This document shows, piece by piece, positions 20,823 to 29,861 of a DNA stretch of 64,000 bases. Position 1 is the stretch's first letter, and every line of letters starts with the position of its first letter. The DNA lies in the NCBI GenBank assembly GCA_040220235.1, contig JAVJTO010000157.1; one strand, given 5' to 3'. The position numbers and the translations under genes are program-made. The notes under the pieces were generated by a model that saw nothing but the letters and a program-made list of their open reading frames with translations, had not been told where the DNA came from and made no database searches. The DNA is from Coleofasciculus sp. B1-GNL1-01 (GTDB taxonomy: Bacteria; Cyanobacteriota; Cyanobacteriia; Cyanobacteriales; Coleofasciculaceae).

Positions 20823-21064
20823 TCTTCTACCTCAATGCCGTAATTAGTAAAGAGAGCAGAAACAGATATATTTAGTGCTTTAGCTAGCTTTTCAATATTT
20901 TCTAATGAGGGATTGCGACTCCCCCTTTCAATACTTGAGATGTAAGTGCGGTGAAGGTCAGCTTTTTCAGCAAGTTCCTCTTGAGAAAAATCTAATTCTC
21001 GCCGACGTCGTCTTATCGCTTTGCCAAAGCGCTGTTTAATATCTGGTTTGCTATCTTGCCTCAC
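20819..21064 (-). CDS. R-M controller (C) protein, XRE HTH
   Basis: FGKAIRRRR...SQEELAEKADLHRTYISSIERG.RNPSL. Its stop overlaps the REase GTG start (GTGA). Probable GTG start at 21064. Confidence 0.88.
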   Translation of the reverse strand: MRQDSKPDIKQRFGKAIRRRRRELDFSQEELAEKADLHRTYISSIERGSRNPSLENIEKLAKALNISVSALFTNYGIEVEE

Positions 21065-21083
21065 AGCATAATTTTTAGGGAGC

Positions 21084-21133
21084 GCAGACAATAAGTCTAC
21101 ATACAATAAATAACTTTTTGTATACTATGAGTA
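21084..21133 (-). promoter_or_regulatory. C-box-like operators upstream of the C gene
   Basis: Minus-strand palindromes TACTCATAGTA (21123-21133) and GTAGACTTATTGTCTGC (21084-21100) resemble GACT-nnn-AGTC C-boxes. Confidence 0.6.
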
Positions 21134-21169
21134 ACAAAATGGACATAGGCGATCGCTTAATCCCCAAAA

Positions 21170-21409
21170 CTACTCCTCATCCTCATCTGACTCATCTAAA
21201 TACAGCCGAATAAACTCTTGCGCCGCCGCCGGATCAATCTTCCGCAGTGCCTTTCTGATTTCCAAAACTGTCTCAGCGGAAGGATCTTGAGTGTTTTGAT
21301 ACCAGTAGTGAACCGTTGATCGACCAATCCCCATTGTCACCGCCAATTTATTTTGGCTGATTTTGTACGTCTGCAATACCTGTCTTAGCGCTTCACCTGC
21401 TTTTCCCAT
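21170..21409 (-). CDS. XRE-family HTH transcriptional regulator
   Basis: LRQVL..YKISQNKLAVTMGIGRSTV..W HTH. Confidence 0.85.
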   Translation of the reverse strand: MGKAGEALRQVLQTYKISQNKLAVTMGIGRSTVHYWYQNTQDPSAETVLEIRKALRKIDPAAAQEFIRLYLDESDEDEE

Positions 21410-21446
21410 GGTTTCTATAGTGTCAGAGGCTTATGACTCAGTAAAT

Positions 21447-21500
21447 GTTCATAGTTATGAACTTTGTGCTAAACTGACTTTGTGTTCGTTTTTATGAACA
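21447..21500. promoter_or_regulatory. Paired palindromic operators between divergent genes
   Basis: GTTCATA-GT-TATGAAC (21447-21462) and TGTTCGTT-TT-TATGAACA (21483-21500). Confidence 0.65.
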
Positions 21501-21527
21501 TAAGCCCCAAAAATTAGGACAACTCCA

Positions 21528-21779
21528 ATGACTGAAGACTTTATCCGCGATTCCTCTCCAACTCCCAATCCTGAAACCCCTGTACCATCTACGCCCCCGC
21601 CAGACAACCGACACCCTCTAAAAGTCATCGTTATCAGTTCACCCCAAGGCGTCACCCGCACCATTCATACCCTCTATCGCCTCGGCTACGCCCACGTCAG
21701 CGAGTGGAGTAAGCCCCAACCCACCCAGAATCCTGGCGAAGTGATGAGTGTTCTCTACCGCCGCCTTCGGATCGATTAA
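21528..21779 (+). CDS. Small cyanobacterial hypothetical protein
   Basis: 83-aa ORF with RBS-like AGGA and a V..TIH.L..LGYA.V.EWS motif typical of XRE-adjacent genes. Confidence 0.75.
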   Translation: MTEDFIRDSSPTPNPETPVPSTPPPDNRHPLKVIVISSPQGVTRTIHTLYRLGYAHVSEWSKPQPTQNPGEVMSVLYRRLRID

Positions 21780-21859
21780 TGAACAGACTTAACCCCTAAC
21801 CTCCTTCTCAACCCGGGAAGGGGGAAAAATCAAACCCCATCGAAAACCCAAAAATAGCC

Positions 21860-22216
21860 ATGATGCGAATCCGACACCGTATTAATCCCCAAACCTTTGT
21901 CATCACTCTCAACCAAATCGCCAAATACTTGAACATTGATCCCCGGCGCATCCTCAACTGGGAAAAATGGCACAATGTTCTTTGGGTACATATCCAAGGA
22001 CGGGGCGGTTATTTTGTGAGTTATCGCCATCTCGAACAATGGATCGCCGCTTGCCGTACTCTGATCCGCTTCTGTCCAAACCTAGAAGCCCTAAACCTTC
22101 TCTGGTCATTGATTCAGCAAGAAGCCCAACGGTATACAAAACAGGTCTGGGATCGGCTTCAAGCTATGTGCCAGCAACGCTACGCCGAGTTATCTAGACG
22201 TTCAATGGTGATATAA
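21860..22216 (+). CDS. Hypothetical protein
   Basis: 118-aa ORF with W..VLWVHI.G.GG.FVSYR motif, co-oriented with 21528. Confidence 0.7.
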   Translation: MMRIRHRINPQTFVITLNQIAKYLNIDPRRILNWEKWHNVLWVHIQGRGGYFVSYRHLEQWIAACRTLIRFCPNLEALNLLWSLIQQEAQRYTKQVWDRLQAMCQQRYAELSRRSMVI

Positions 22217-22875
22217 CTTCCATGAACGTGATTGTAAAAATAGCCTCAAACCCTTGTCCTGTCGTCCTACAAGGATGAACCTATAAACGATAGGGATAGG
22301 ATAGGGATATCCTTAAAGTAAAATTAGGGATTGAATAGCCAGACTTCATCACCCCTAAGGCGTATAATTGAGGTAATCGGATTAATTTTTCTTAAATATT
22401 GAATGCAGTAGTCTCGCCGTTTATCTTCATCAAACTTAGGATTTATGGCAGGGTTAAATTAGGGTAGTTTCAACGGATTTTTGGCGAAACATCACATCTC
22501 CATTGTGATGTAAATCAATTGACCCAGTGATTGAAAATACAAAGAAATACTGAATTCTTCATAACAATAGAAAATAAGCAAATGGTGGGCTAAGTCAAAA
22601 TAAGGAGCGATCGCCAAGCCAATAACCAAACAACGGCGATGTTCCAGGTCAGTGACAGCTAGGAACTAGACAGAACGTTTCCCCGTCAGGACTCAGACAT
22701 TTAGAAACTCTAGATCTGACCCAACCGACTTATTGCCCAAAATCTTCCAGCTAAGGCTGGATGTAAGGGCTGCATCTATCGTAGAGCATCAAACAAGTGC
22801 GATTATTCCCATCGATATCACTATCGATCGCGATCGCGCCCTGTGAAAGCATCTATGATAAAAAGGTTTTAGTGC

Positions 22876-25542
22876 ATGTCCGAACAATTCCGTCTGTTGC
22901 AATCTCTGATTCCGGCAATCGCCAAGGTTCCCGATCTTCACTCAGCACTGGATCTAGTGCTGCATCGCGTCTGTGAAGTGACCCATTGGGATTATGGTGA
23001 AGCATGGCTTCCGACTTCTGATTCTCGTCGTTTAACCTGTAGCCAAGCTTGGTCTGGTGATCCGTGTGATCTACAACCATGGCGACGCAGCAGAGAAACA
23101 CTAATATTTTCCCCCAATATCGGCTTACCCGGACGGGTGTGGAGATCAAAACAACCAGAGTGGATTGACCAAACCAAGGCAAATGGGATTGATCCTGATG
23201 CCGAAACTACTCTGCTTAGCGCGACGGATCAGCCGCAAGGGTTTCAAGCTGGAGGCGCGATCCCCATTCTCCTTGATGATCAGGTACTTGCTGTCTTAAC
23301 ATTTTTTACCCGCCACTCTCATCCCAGCGATCGCCAATGGATGGAATGGATCGCGGCGATCGCGATGCAGTTAGGGTTGGTGATGGAATGCCAACAGTTA
23401 ACCGAACAACTGCACCAACAACAGGAATTTAATCAAAATTTAGTCGAAACCCATGGTGGCTTTTTTGTCGCCATTGACCCCCAGGGAAAAACCCGGATGA
23501 TGAATCCTAGATTACTAGAAACGTTGGGTTATACCCTGGATGAAGTGAAAGGAACGGATTTTGTCACCACATTTATTCGAGATGTTGACCGCAAACCCTT
23601 TGCCAAATTAATCAAAACCAGTCGTGAAAACTCAGAATTAAAATCGCCCACCGTACACCAAACCGGAGTCCTGACCAAAGAGGGTCGAGAACTTTGGGTA
23701 GAATGGCGTAGCCAACAGGTTTTTAAGAAAACGGGTGAACTTGACTTCTTTTTTGCCATCGGACGGGATCAGAACGAACATTGTCTTACCCATCAAGAAA
23801 CAGCCCGTTTAGCCTCGTTTCCCCTATTGACCCCCAATCCCATTGTCGAAATTGATTTAGCAGGGCGGGTGCGTTATCTTAACCCAGAAGCCATGCGCTT
23901 GTTGCCAGAATTATTAGAGAGTGAAGCTGAACATCCATTTTTAGCAGAAATGCCCTCGATGATTCGATTGATGCAGCAGCAAAGTTCCTTGAGACGCGAG
24001 GTAAAAATTGGGGAAATTGTTTATGAACAAGTCCTGCATTACGTTCCCGAAATTGAGTGCATTCGCATTTATGCCTTAGATATTACCGATCGCAAACGAG
24101 CCGAAGAACTATTATTGTTTAATGCCTTTTACGATCGCCTCACCGGACTAGCGAACCGCGCCTTATTCATGGATCGCTTGCAGCAAGCCGGACGACGCGC
24201 CCAACCAGGTCAGGGGGAAAACCTGGATTCTGAACCCTATCGATTTGCCGTGGTGTTACTCAATCTCAATCGCTTCAAAGTGGTTAACGAAAGTTTGGGA
24301 AACCATTTGGGCGATCAATTGCTGCAAGCGTTTGGACAGCGCCTACAAGAGTGCTTGCGTCCCACGGATACTGTCGCCCGTTTGAGTGGGGATGAGTTTG
24401 CTATCCTGCTAGAAGGGATTCAGGGGGTTTGTGATGCCATTCAAGTGGCAGATGCGATTGAGCAAACCTTGACATTACCGTTTAACCTGGAAGGGCGGGA
24501 CGTGTTCATGACAACCAGCATTGGCATTGCCCTAAATACGAATCGCGATCGCCAAATTTTATCGGCTGAAGATATACTCCGTAACGCCAATACTGCCATG
24601 CATCGCGCCCGTTCCCAAGGCAAACCGGGCTATGCTATCTTTGATAACCAGATGTTAAGTCGCACGGTTGATCGATTACAGCTAGAAACAGATATGCGGC
24701 GTGCGATCGAACGGCAAGAATTTCAAGTCTATTATCAACCCATCGTCTCCCTACTCACCCATCAAATTACTGGCTTTGAAGCATTGGTACGTTGGCAACA
24801 TCCGCAACGCGGGTTAGTCTTTCCTGCCGAGTTTATTCCCATCGCCGAAGAAACTGGATTAATTATTCCGATCGGCTGGTGGATACTGCGGGAAGCTTGT
24901 CGCCAACTCAGTATTTGGCAGCAGCAATTTCAAAGTCCCCAACCGTTGACGATGAATGTCAATTTGTCCTGTAAACAGTTTACCCAACCGGATTTATTGG
25001 CGCAAATTGACCAAATATTAGAGGAAACCAATATTGCAGTTGGCAGTTTAAAGTTAGAGATTACCGAAAGTGTGGTAATCGATAATCCGGAACTGGTCAA
25101 AGACTTACTGTTGGAATTGAAAAAACGGCAAATTCACCTGTGCATTGACGACTTTGGCACTGGCTATTCTTCCTTAAGCCGCCTACATAATTTTCCGATT
25201 AGTACGCTAAAAATTGATCGCTCCTTTATCAGTCGGATTGGTGCGTTAGGTGAAAACTCAGAAATTGTTCAAGCGATTATCACCCTCGCCCGTACCATGA
25301 GTATGGATGTGGTGGCTGAGGGAATTGAGTTATTGGAACAAATTTCGCCTTTAGTGGCGTTGCAATGTCACTATGGTCAAGGATTTTTATTCTCAAAACC
25401 CGTAGACAGTGATGGCGCTAGAGAATTACTTCGAGGAAAATCGGTTCAGTTAGAACGTCAGTTTAGTCGTTCAGTGAGCGTTAAAAATGAAGTCAAAACT
25501 TCTGTATCTGTCGAGGATGAGCAAGTCCAAAAATTTTATTGA
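22876..25542 (+). CDS. GAF-PAS-PAS-GGDEF(degenerate)-EAL c-di-GMP phosphodiesterase
   Basis: GLPGRVW GAF motif, PAS repeats, D.LTGL.NR, SGDEF, FEALVRW, DDFGTGYSSL and AEGIE. Confidence 0.92.
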   Translation: MSEQFRLLQSLIPAIAKVPDLHSALDLVLHRVCEVTHWDYGEAWLPTSDSRRLTCSQAWSGDPCDLQPWRRSRETLIFSPNIGLPGRVWRSKQPEWIDQTKANGIDPDAETTLLSATDQPQGFQAGGAIPILLDDQVLAVLTFFTRHSHPSDRQWMEWIAAIAMQLGLVMECQQLTEQLHQQQEFNQNLVETHGGFFVAIDPQGKTRMMNPRLLETLGYTLDEVKGTDFVTTFIRDVDRKPFAKLIKTSRENSELKSPTVHQTGVLTKEGRELWVEWRSQQVFKKTGELDFFFAIGRDQNEHCLTHQETARLASFPLLTPNPIVEIDLAGRVRYLNPEAMRLLPELLESEAEHPFLAEMPSMIRLMQQQSSLRREVKIGEIVYEQVLHYVPEIECIRIYALDITDRKRAEELLLFNAFYDRLTGLANRALFMDRLQQAGRRAQPGQGENLDSEPYRFAVVLLNLNRFKVVNESLGNHLGDQLLQAFGQRLQECLRPTDTVARLSGDEFAILLEGIQGVCDAIQVADAIEQTLTLPFNLEGRDVFMTTSIGIALNTNRDRQILSAEDILRNANTAMHRARSQGKPGYAIFDNQMLSRTVDRLQLETDMRRAIERQEFQVYYQPIVSLLTHQITGFEALVRWQHPQRGLVFPAEFIPIAEETGLIIPIGWWILREACRQLSIWQQQFQSPQPLTMNVNLSCKQFTQPDLLAQIDQILEETNIAVGSLKLEITESVVIDNPELVKDLLLELKKRQIHLCIDDFGTGYSSLSRLHNFPISTLKIDRSFISRIGALGENSEIVQAIITLARTMSMDVVAEGIELLEQISPLVALQCHYGQGFLFSKPVDSDGARELLRGKSVQLERQFSRSVSVKNEVKTSVSVEDEQVQKFY

Positions 25543-25637
25543 CGTTTTCTGACATTAGCCGACATTCTATGTCCGGAATGGTATTCGTTTTATATAGCCG
25601 ATGTAGGATTAAAGTATAATCATCGATTTTTCATTCC

Positions 25638-26906
25638 ATGCTCCAAGTTAACTGGGACAAAAGCACAGGGCAAAGCATCAAAGGGAAAACAGCACTGATT
25701 TTGTTAGGCATGTTCCTACTGTCGCTGTTCTTGCCGTTGTTCCTGAGTGGAGTCGGATTGTGTCTGAGTCTCTGGGTGATTGTCCCAGCGCCTAAGTTAT
25801 GGATGTTACCTCTAGCCGTGGCTGCGCCAGAAGCCAGTCCTTGGCTGCTGGGTGTGAATGCGATCGCACTAATACTCGCTATCTTAAATTTACATGAAGG
25901 CGGGCTTGACAATTTTGCCGTAATCTGTAGCCTGATTGGTTTAATCCTCAGCCTTTTACCGTTAATCCAGTTTCCCGCCGTGAATGCACGAATGGCGGCT
26001 CAAATGCACAGGGTTCTGGGTGTAGAGGATTGGGCAACAATTACTCCAGATGCACAGACACCCATGCGTCCTCAGCCTTTTAGTTTAGCCGATGCGTTTC
26101 GGGGGATTGCAATCTGGGAGGTTCGCATTGATCGAGGGATTATATTTTCTCAACCGGATGGGGTAAACCTTAAACTCAATGTTTACCGACCGTTGACGCT
26201 TGGCAACTATCCGACGATTATTACTATATATGGGGGGGCGTGGCAAATAGGGACTCCCGATAACAATGAGACATTTAACCGCTACATGGCAAATCAGGGC
26301 TACTCTGTGATCGCGATTGATTACCGCCATGCTCCCCAGTATCACTTTCCGACTCAACTTGAGGATGTACAGGCGGCTCTATCCTATATCCAAAGCCATG
26401 CTAATGAGTTGGAAATTGATACCGAACGAATTGCTCTCATGGGGCGATCGGCAGGAGCGCAACTGGCAGCACTTGCAGCTTATCATCTAGATACGATTCC
26501 GATTCGGGCTGTGGTGAATTACTACGGACCCGTTAACCTCAACCAGGGATATTATGATTTGCCCTGTCCTGACCCCATCAACGTTCGTTCGATTCTCCAT
26601 GACTTCTTAGCCGGAACACCGGATGAAGTTCCAGAACTCTATGGGCAAGCTTCTCCTATTCGTTATATTAAATCCAATCTGCCTCCTACGTTATTGGTCT
26701 ACGCGAGTCGGGATCATATCATCAAGGCAAAGTTTGGACACCAACTCTACGAGCAATTACAAGCGGCTGGAAATTGTGCTGTTTGGTTAGAAATTCCTTG
26801 GGCTGAACATGCTTTTGATGCGGTTTTTAATGGCGTGAGTAATCAGTTGGCATTGTATTACACTGAGCGATTTTTGGCTTGGGCGTTGAAGTTGAAGTCT
26901 TCTTGA
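25638..26906 (+). CDS. Membrane-anchored alpha/beta hydrolase (esterase/lipase)
   Basis: N-terminal TM helices, YGGAW, DYR.AP, GRSAG and AEHAFD motifs. Confidence 0.88.
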   Translation: MLQVNWDKSTGQSIKGKTALILLGMFLLSLFLPLFLSGVGLCLSLWVIVPAPKLWMLPLAVAAPEASPWLLGVNAIALILAILNLHEGGLDNFAVICSLIGLILSLLPLIQFPAVNARMAAQMHRVLGVEDWATITPDAQTPMRPQPFSLADAFRGIAIWEVRIDRGIIFSQPDGVNLKLNVYRPLTLGNYPTIITIYGGAWQIGTPDNNETFNRYMANQGYSVIAIDYRHAPQYHFPTQLEDVQAALSYIQSHANELEIDTERIALMGRSAGAQLAALAAYHLDTIPIRAVVNYYGPVNLNQGYYDLPCPDPINVRSILHDFLAGTPDEVPELYGQASPIRYIKSNLPPTLLVYASRDHIIKAKFGHQLYEQLQAAGNCAVWLEIPWAEHAFDAVFNGVSNQLALYYTERFLAWALKLKSS

Positions 26907-27109
26907 AAATGAAGCGGGGAACTCAAGTTCCTGCTAAAAGCTCAAACCCGTTAAGTAGTCGGACAAAAGTTTTGGGACTGTATAAAGTTTTGTAAATATT
27001 GGTGAGTTGCCATTCTCGCTAGTATTATTACTTAAATCTAAACAGATAGTCGATTCCGGGTCAGTATTAATAATGTCCGAGCCTATTTGTACTAAAAAAT
27101 CATTAACAT

Positions 27110-27125
27110 TGTGACCTATGTCACT
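27110..27125. promoter_or_regulatory. CRP-type binding site
   Basis: TGTGA-CCTATG-TCACT, one mismatch to TGTGA-N6-TCACA, upstream of the ORF at 27261. Confidence 0.5.
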
Positions 27126-27260
27126 ACCTAACTTGATCACAGATCACGATTTACTCTTTAGGCAAATCACAAACTATCTTTTAGGACGATCACAAAATTG
27201 ATCGAGAAAATCATTCATAATTATGACAACAAAAATGAACATTTAATATTTGTGAAGTCA

Positions 27261-27470
27261 ATGAACGTTACTCTGCCTCAGACCAATATCGAAGACTTAG
27301 TAACTAAGGTTTTAATGAATCGCTGCCTTACCCCCTCCGATCAGCAATTTTTAAAATGTGCTTTACTGTATAAAGATAGCTTAAAGGAACATGAACGAAT
27401 TCTCATTGAACGAGTGTTTTATGGGATACGACATGGATTACTGGAAATCCTTGAATCTACATCGGTTTAG
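27261..27470 (+). CDS. Small helical hypothetical protein
   Basis: 69-aa ORF with IE.LV..VL....LT..DQ..L..ALL....L...ER.LI.RVF..IR.G pattern. Confidence 0.65.
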   Translation: MNVTLPQTNIEDLVTKVLMNRCLTPSDQQFLKCALLYKDSLKEHERILIERVFYGIRHGLLEILESTSV

Positions 27471-27629
27471 CGATTGTTCGGGATAGATAAATTCCAGAAA
27501 ATTGGGATGGGCGTGTTCCCACCGATAAAACCTTGTCCTCGAACGAAGTGAAGGAGCCGGAAGCGTAATCCGTCAAATTGCCACAAAGGAAGCCTACACC
27601 GACCCTACGGTTACAGGTGTAGGAGGATG

Positions 27630-28682
27630 TCACGAGTGTATTCTACTATTGGGCATGATCGTTCCGGCTAAGGAGGCGTCACTTAAGTCCGCTCCCATTA
27701 AATTCGCGCCAATTAAATTAGCCCCATTCAGATTAGCATGACTCAAGTTAGCATCCGTTAAATAAGCCAAAAGCAAACCTGCTCGCTGGAGATTCGACTC
27801 CGCTAAGTTGGCATGTTCTAAGTTCGCCTCTAGCAAATTAGCCCCTGACAAATTAGCTTTATATAAATTGGCTCGGTTCAGGTTGGCTTTGCTAAGTTGG
27901 GCGCTCTGCAAATTGGCTTTTTTGAGGAGCAATCCACTGAGATTGGCGAGACTGAGATTCGCATTTTGCAAGTGGGTGCCAGTCAGATTAGCCCCCGTAA
28001 GATTCGCATGACTCAGATTCGCACAACTCAAGTCAGCCCTTGACAAATTAGCATGACTCAAATCAGCACCCTTGAGATCCGCATCACTCAAGTCAGCCCC
28101 TGTTAAATTAGCATCTCGCAAATCTGCCCGATGTAAATAGGCTCGAATACAGCAAGCGCCTCTCAGGTTTGCTCCCCTTAAATCTGCTTGGCTGAGAATG
28201 GCTCGATTTAAGATGACTCCCTGCAAGTCTGCGGCTTTGAGATTAGCGCGACTTAAGCTGGCTCCCGTACAGTTTGCCTTTGCCAGTTTTGCTCGTTTCA
28301 TTTTGGCATCGATCAGACTTGTGCCAATTAAGGTAGCATGTCGTAGATCCGCATTGAGTAGAGTAGCGCCCGTGAGAATCGCACCACTCAAATCTGCTTC
28401 CCTAAGAATTGCAGCCGTCAGATCGGCTTGGGAAAGCGTGGCTTCAATCAATAGTGCATTCTTGAGATCAGCCTTACTTAAATCTGCATCTTTAAGCTGA
28501 GCGCCAATCAGTTTAGCTTTGGCTAAATTAGCTCGCTGTAAATGGGCAGCACTCAAATTAATATGACTCAGGTTGGCTTCAGTTAAATTAGCTCTGATCA
28601 AATTAACTCCGGGGAAATTGCGTTCTCCAGTTTCGTGCAAGTTCAGAATTTTTGCCTTAGTTGAACATTGACTTGATTTCAT
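27630..28682 (-). CDS. Pentapeptide repeat protein
   Basis: Continuous A(N/D)L.. repeats, GERNF N-cap and GTIMP end. Confidence 0.95.
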   Translation of the reverse strand: MKSSQCSTKAKILNLHETGERNFPGVNLIRANLTEANLSHINLSAAHLQRANLAKAKLIGAQLKDADLSKADLKNALLIEATLSQADLTAAILREADLSGAILTGATLLNADLRHATLIGTSLIDAKMKRAKLAKANCTGASLSRANLKAADLQGVILNRAILSQADLRGANLRGACCIRAYLHRADLRDANLTGADLSDADLKGADLSHANLSRADLSCANLSHANLTGANLTGTHLQNANLSLANLSGLLLKKANLQSAQLSKANLNRANLYKANLSGANLLEANLEHANLAESNLQRAGLLLAYLTDANLSHANLNGANLIGANLMGADLSDASLAGTIMPNSRIHS

Positions 28683-29861
28683 AAAAAAATTGAATTGATG
28701 TTTTTTGGTTAGCTAAAGACTATCGATTGGGAGAAGAAAAGACGTTTTGAAGTGGTGGTTGCATTCTCTATATATGATGTTAAATAGTAAATAAACGCCA
28801 GTACCAATAAAATTTTCCTCAAAAATTGTCATTGTCAAAAACAAAAAACTCGTCCTTTATAGAGTCGAAAATTAATGTAAATTAAATCCATGTCCCTATA
28901 AAAATATTAGATACTGAGTGCCATGATTTCTGTCTGAACGAGTTCGATAGACTAATCATTGTCAATGATTATCTTTGTCTTGCAATCAATAAATATAAAT
29001 AAGCTTGTGGCAACTCTGTTGGTATCACCTCCAAAAGTTGGCATAATGAAAGCCAAAACAATAGGTGGAATTTATCGCTATTCACGGTTTTAGTTCTCAC
29101 CAATTCCTGAGTCTAGGGCGGTATAAATAAGGAATCAGCGAATAGCTTATTTATACCCTGTCCCTTGGGAAAACTGGAGTTTTTTCTAAGGGGAAAACTA
29201 CGGTCTTCACGGTAAAGGTGGTTGAAGCGAGATAAAGCTAGTCAATATCCCGATCCTGAATCAGGAGATAACTGCTCACCGATATTGGTTATTCCAACCG
29301 CTACAAAAAGTCTTTTCCTGACGATAAATTTTGATGCCAACCAGGTCTGGGCATTAAGCTAGAAAAATCGCTGCTCGTTAATGCCCTAGTGAATTGTACT
29401 GCTGCGCCCGAGTCTTGAGAAGGCGTCATACCGTTGGAGTTGAATTGCGTTAGTTTGTTGTTGTAACCGATCGCCCAATTGTCAGTCGCGATAAAGGAGC
29501 TTCCTTAGATAGCCATCGGTCTCTCGATTAGAGATTCCCTCAGACTATACGTCGCCGACAGGCTGACTTCGATTGGCTTAAAGGATGGCAAGAAGCCACG
29601 TTGATAAAACTCATGCTTTAAAGATAATCCCTGGGTGTCAGATCCGGCAAGGTATGATTGCCTAATGGGGCGGAGATGCCCATTCTGCTCAAAAATCATC
29701 CCCAAGGCGTTCTCATTGCTGTTATTGGGGAGTTGAAAGAACAATTTTTGATTCACGAGTATGGTAAACTCTTGTGATACAGGTTTTACAAACAAGCAAC
29801 GTTCACCTCTATCTGATTCCCTAGGGGCAAACGTTCCGGATGTCTACCGCACACCATACCG

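Noticed and set aside
27630..28682. Nucleotide periodicity as a repeat array
   Set aside because: Fully explained by pentapeptide coding. The AQAQV repeats at about 58.4-58.8 kb are likewise coding.
29505..29795. 96-aa minus-strand ORF
   Set aside because: TTG start, no recognisable motif and overlap with the probable CHAD promoter. It cannot be supported, though a short ATG variant is not excluded.
29815..29860. c-di-GMP-I riboswitch (GGGCAAAC)
   Set aside because: It lacks the GNRA-capped P2 and GACGCAAAG/P3 elements.
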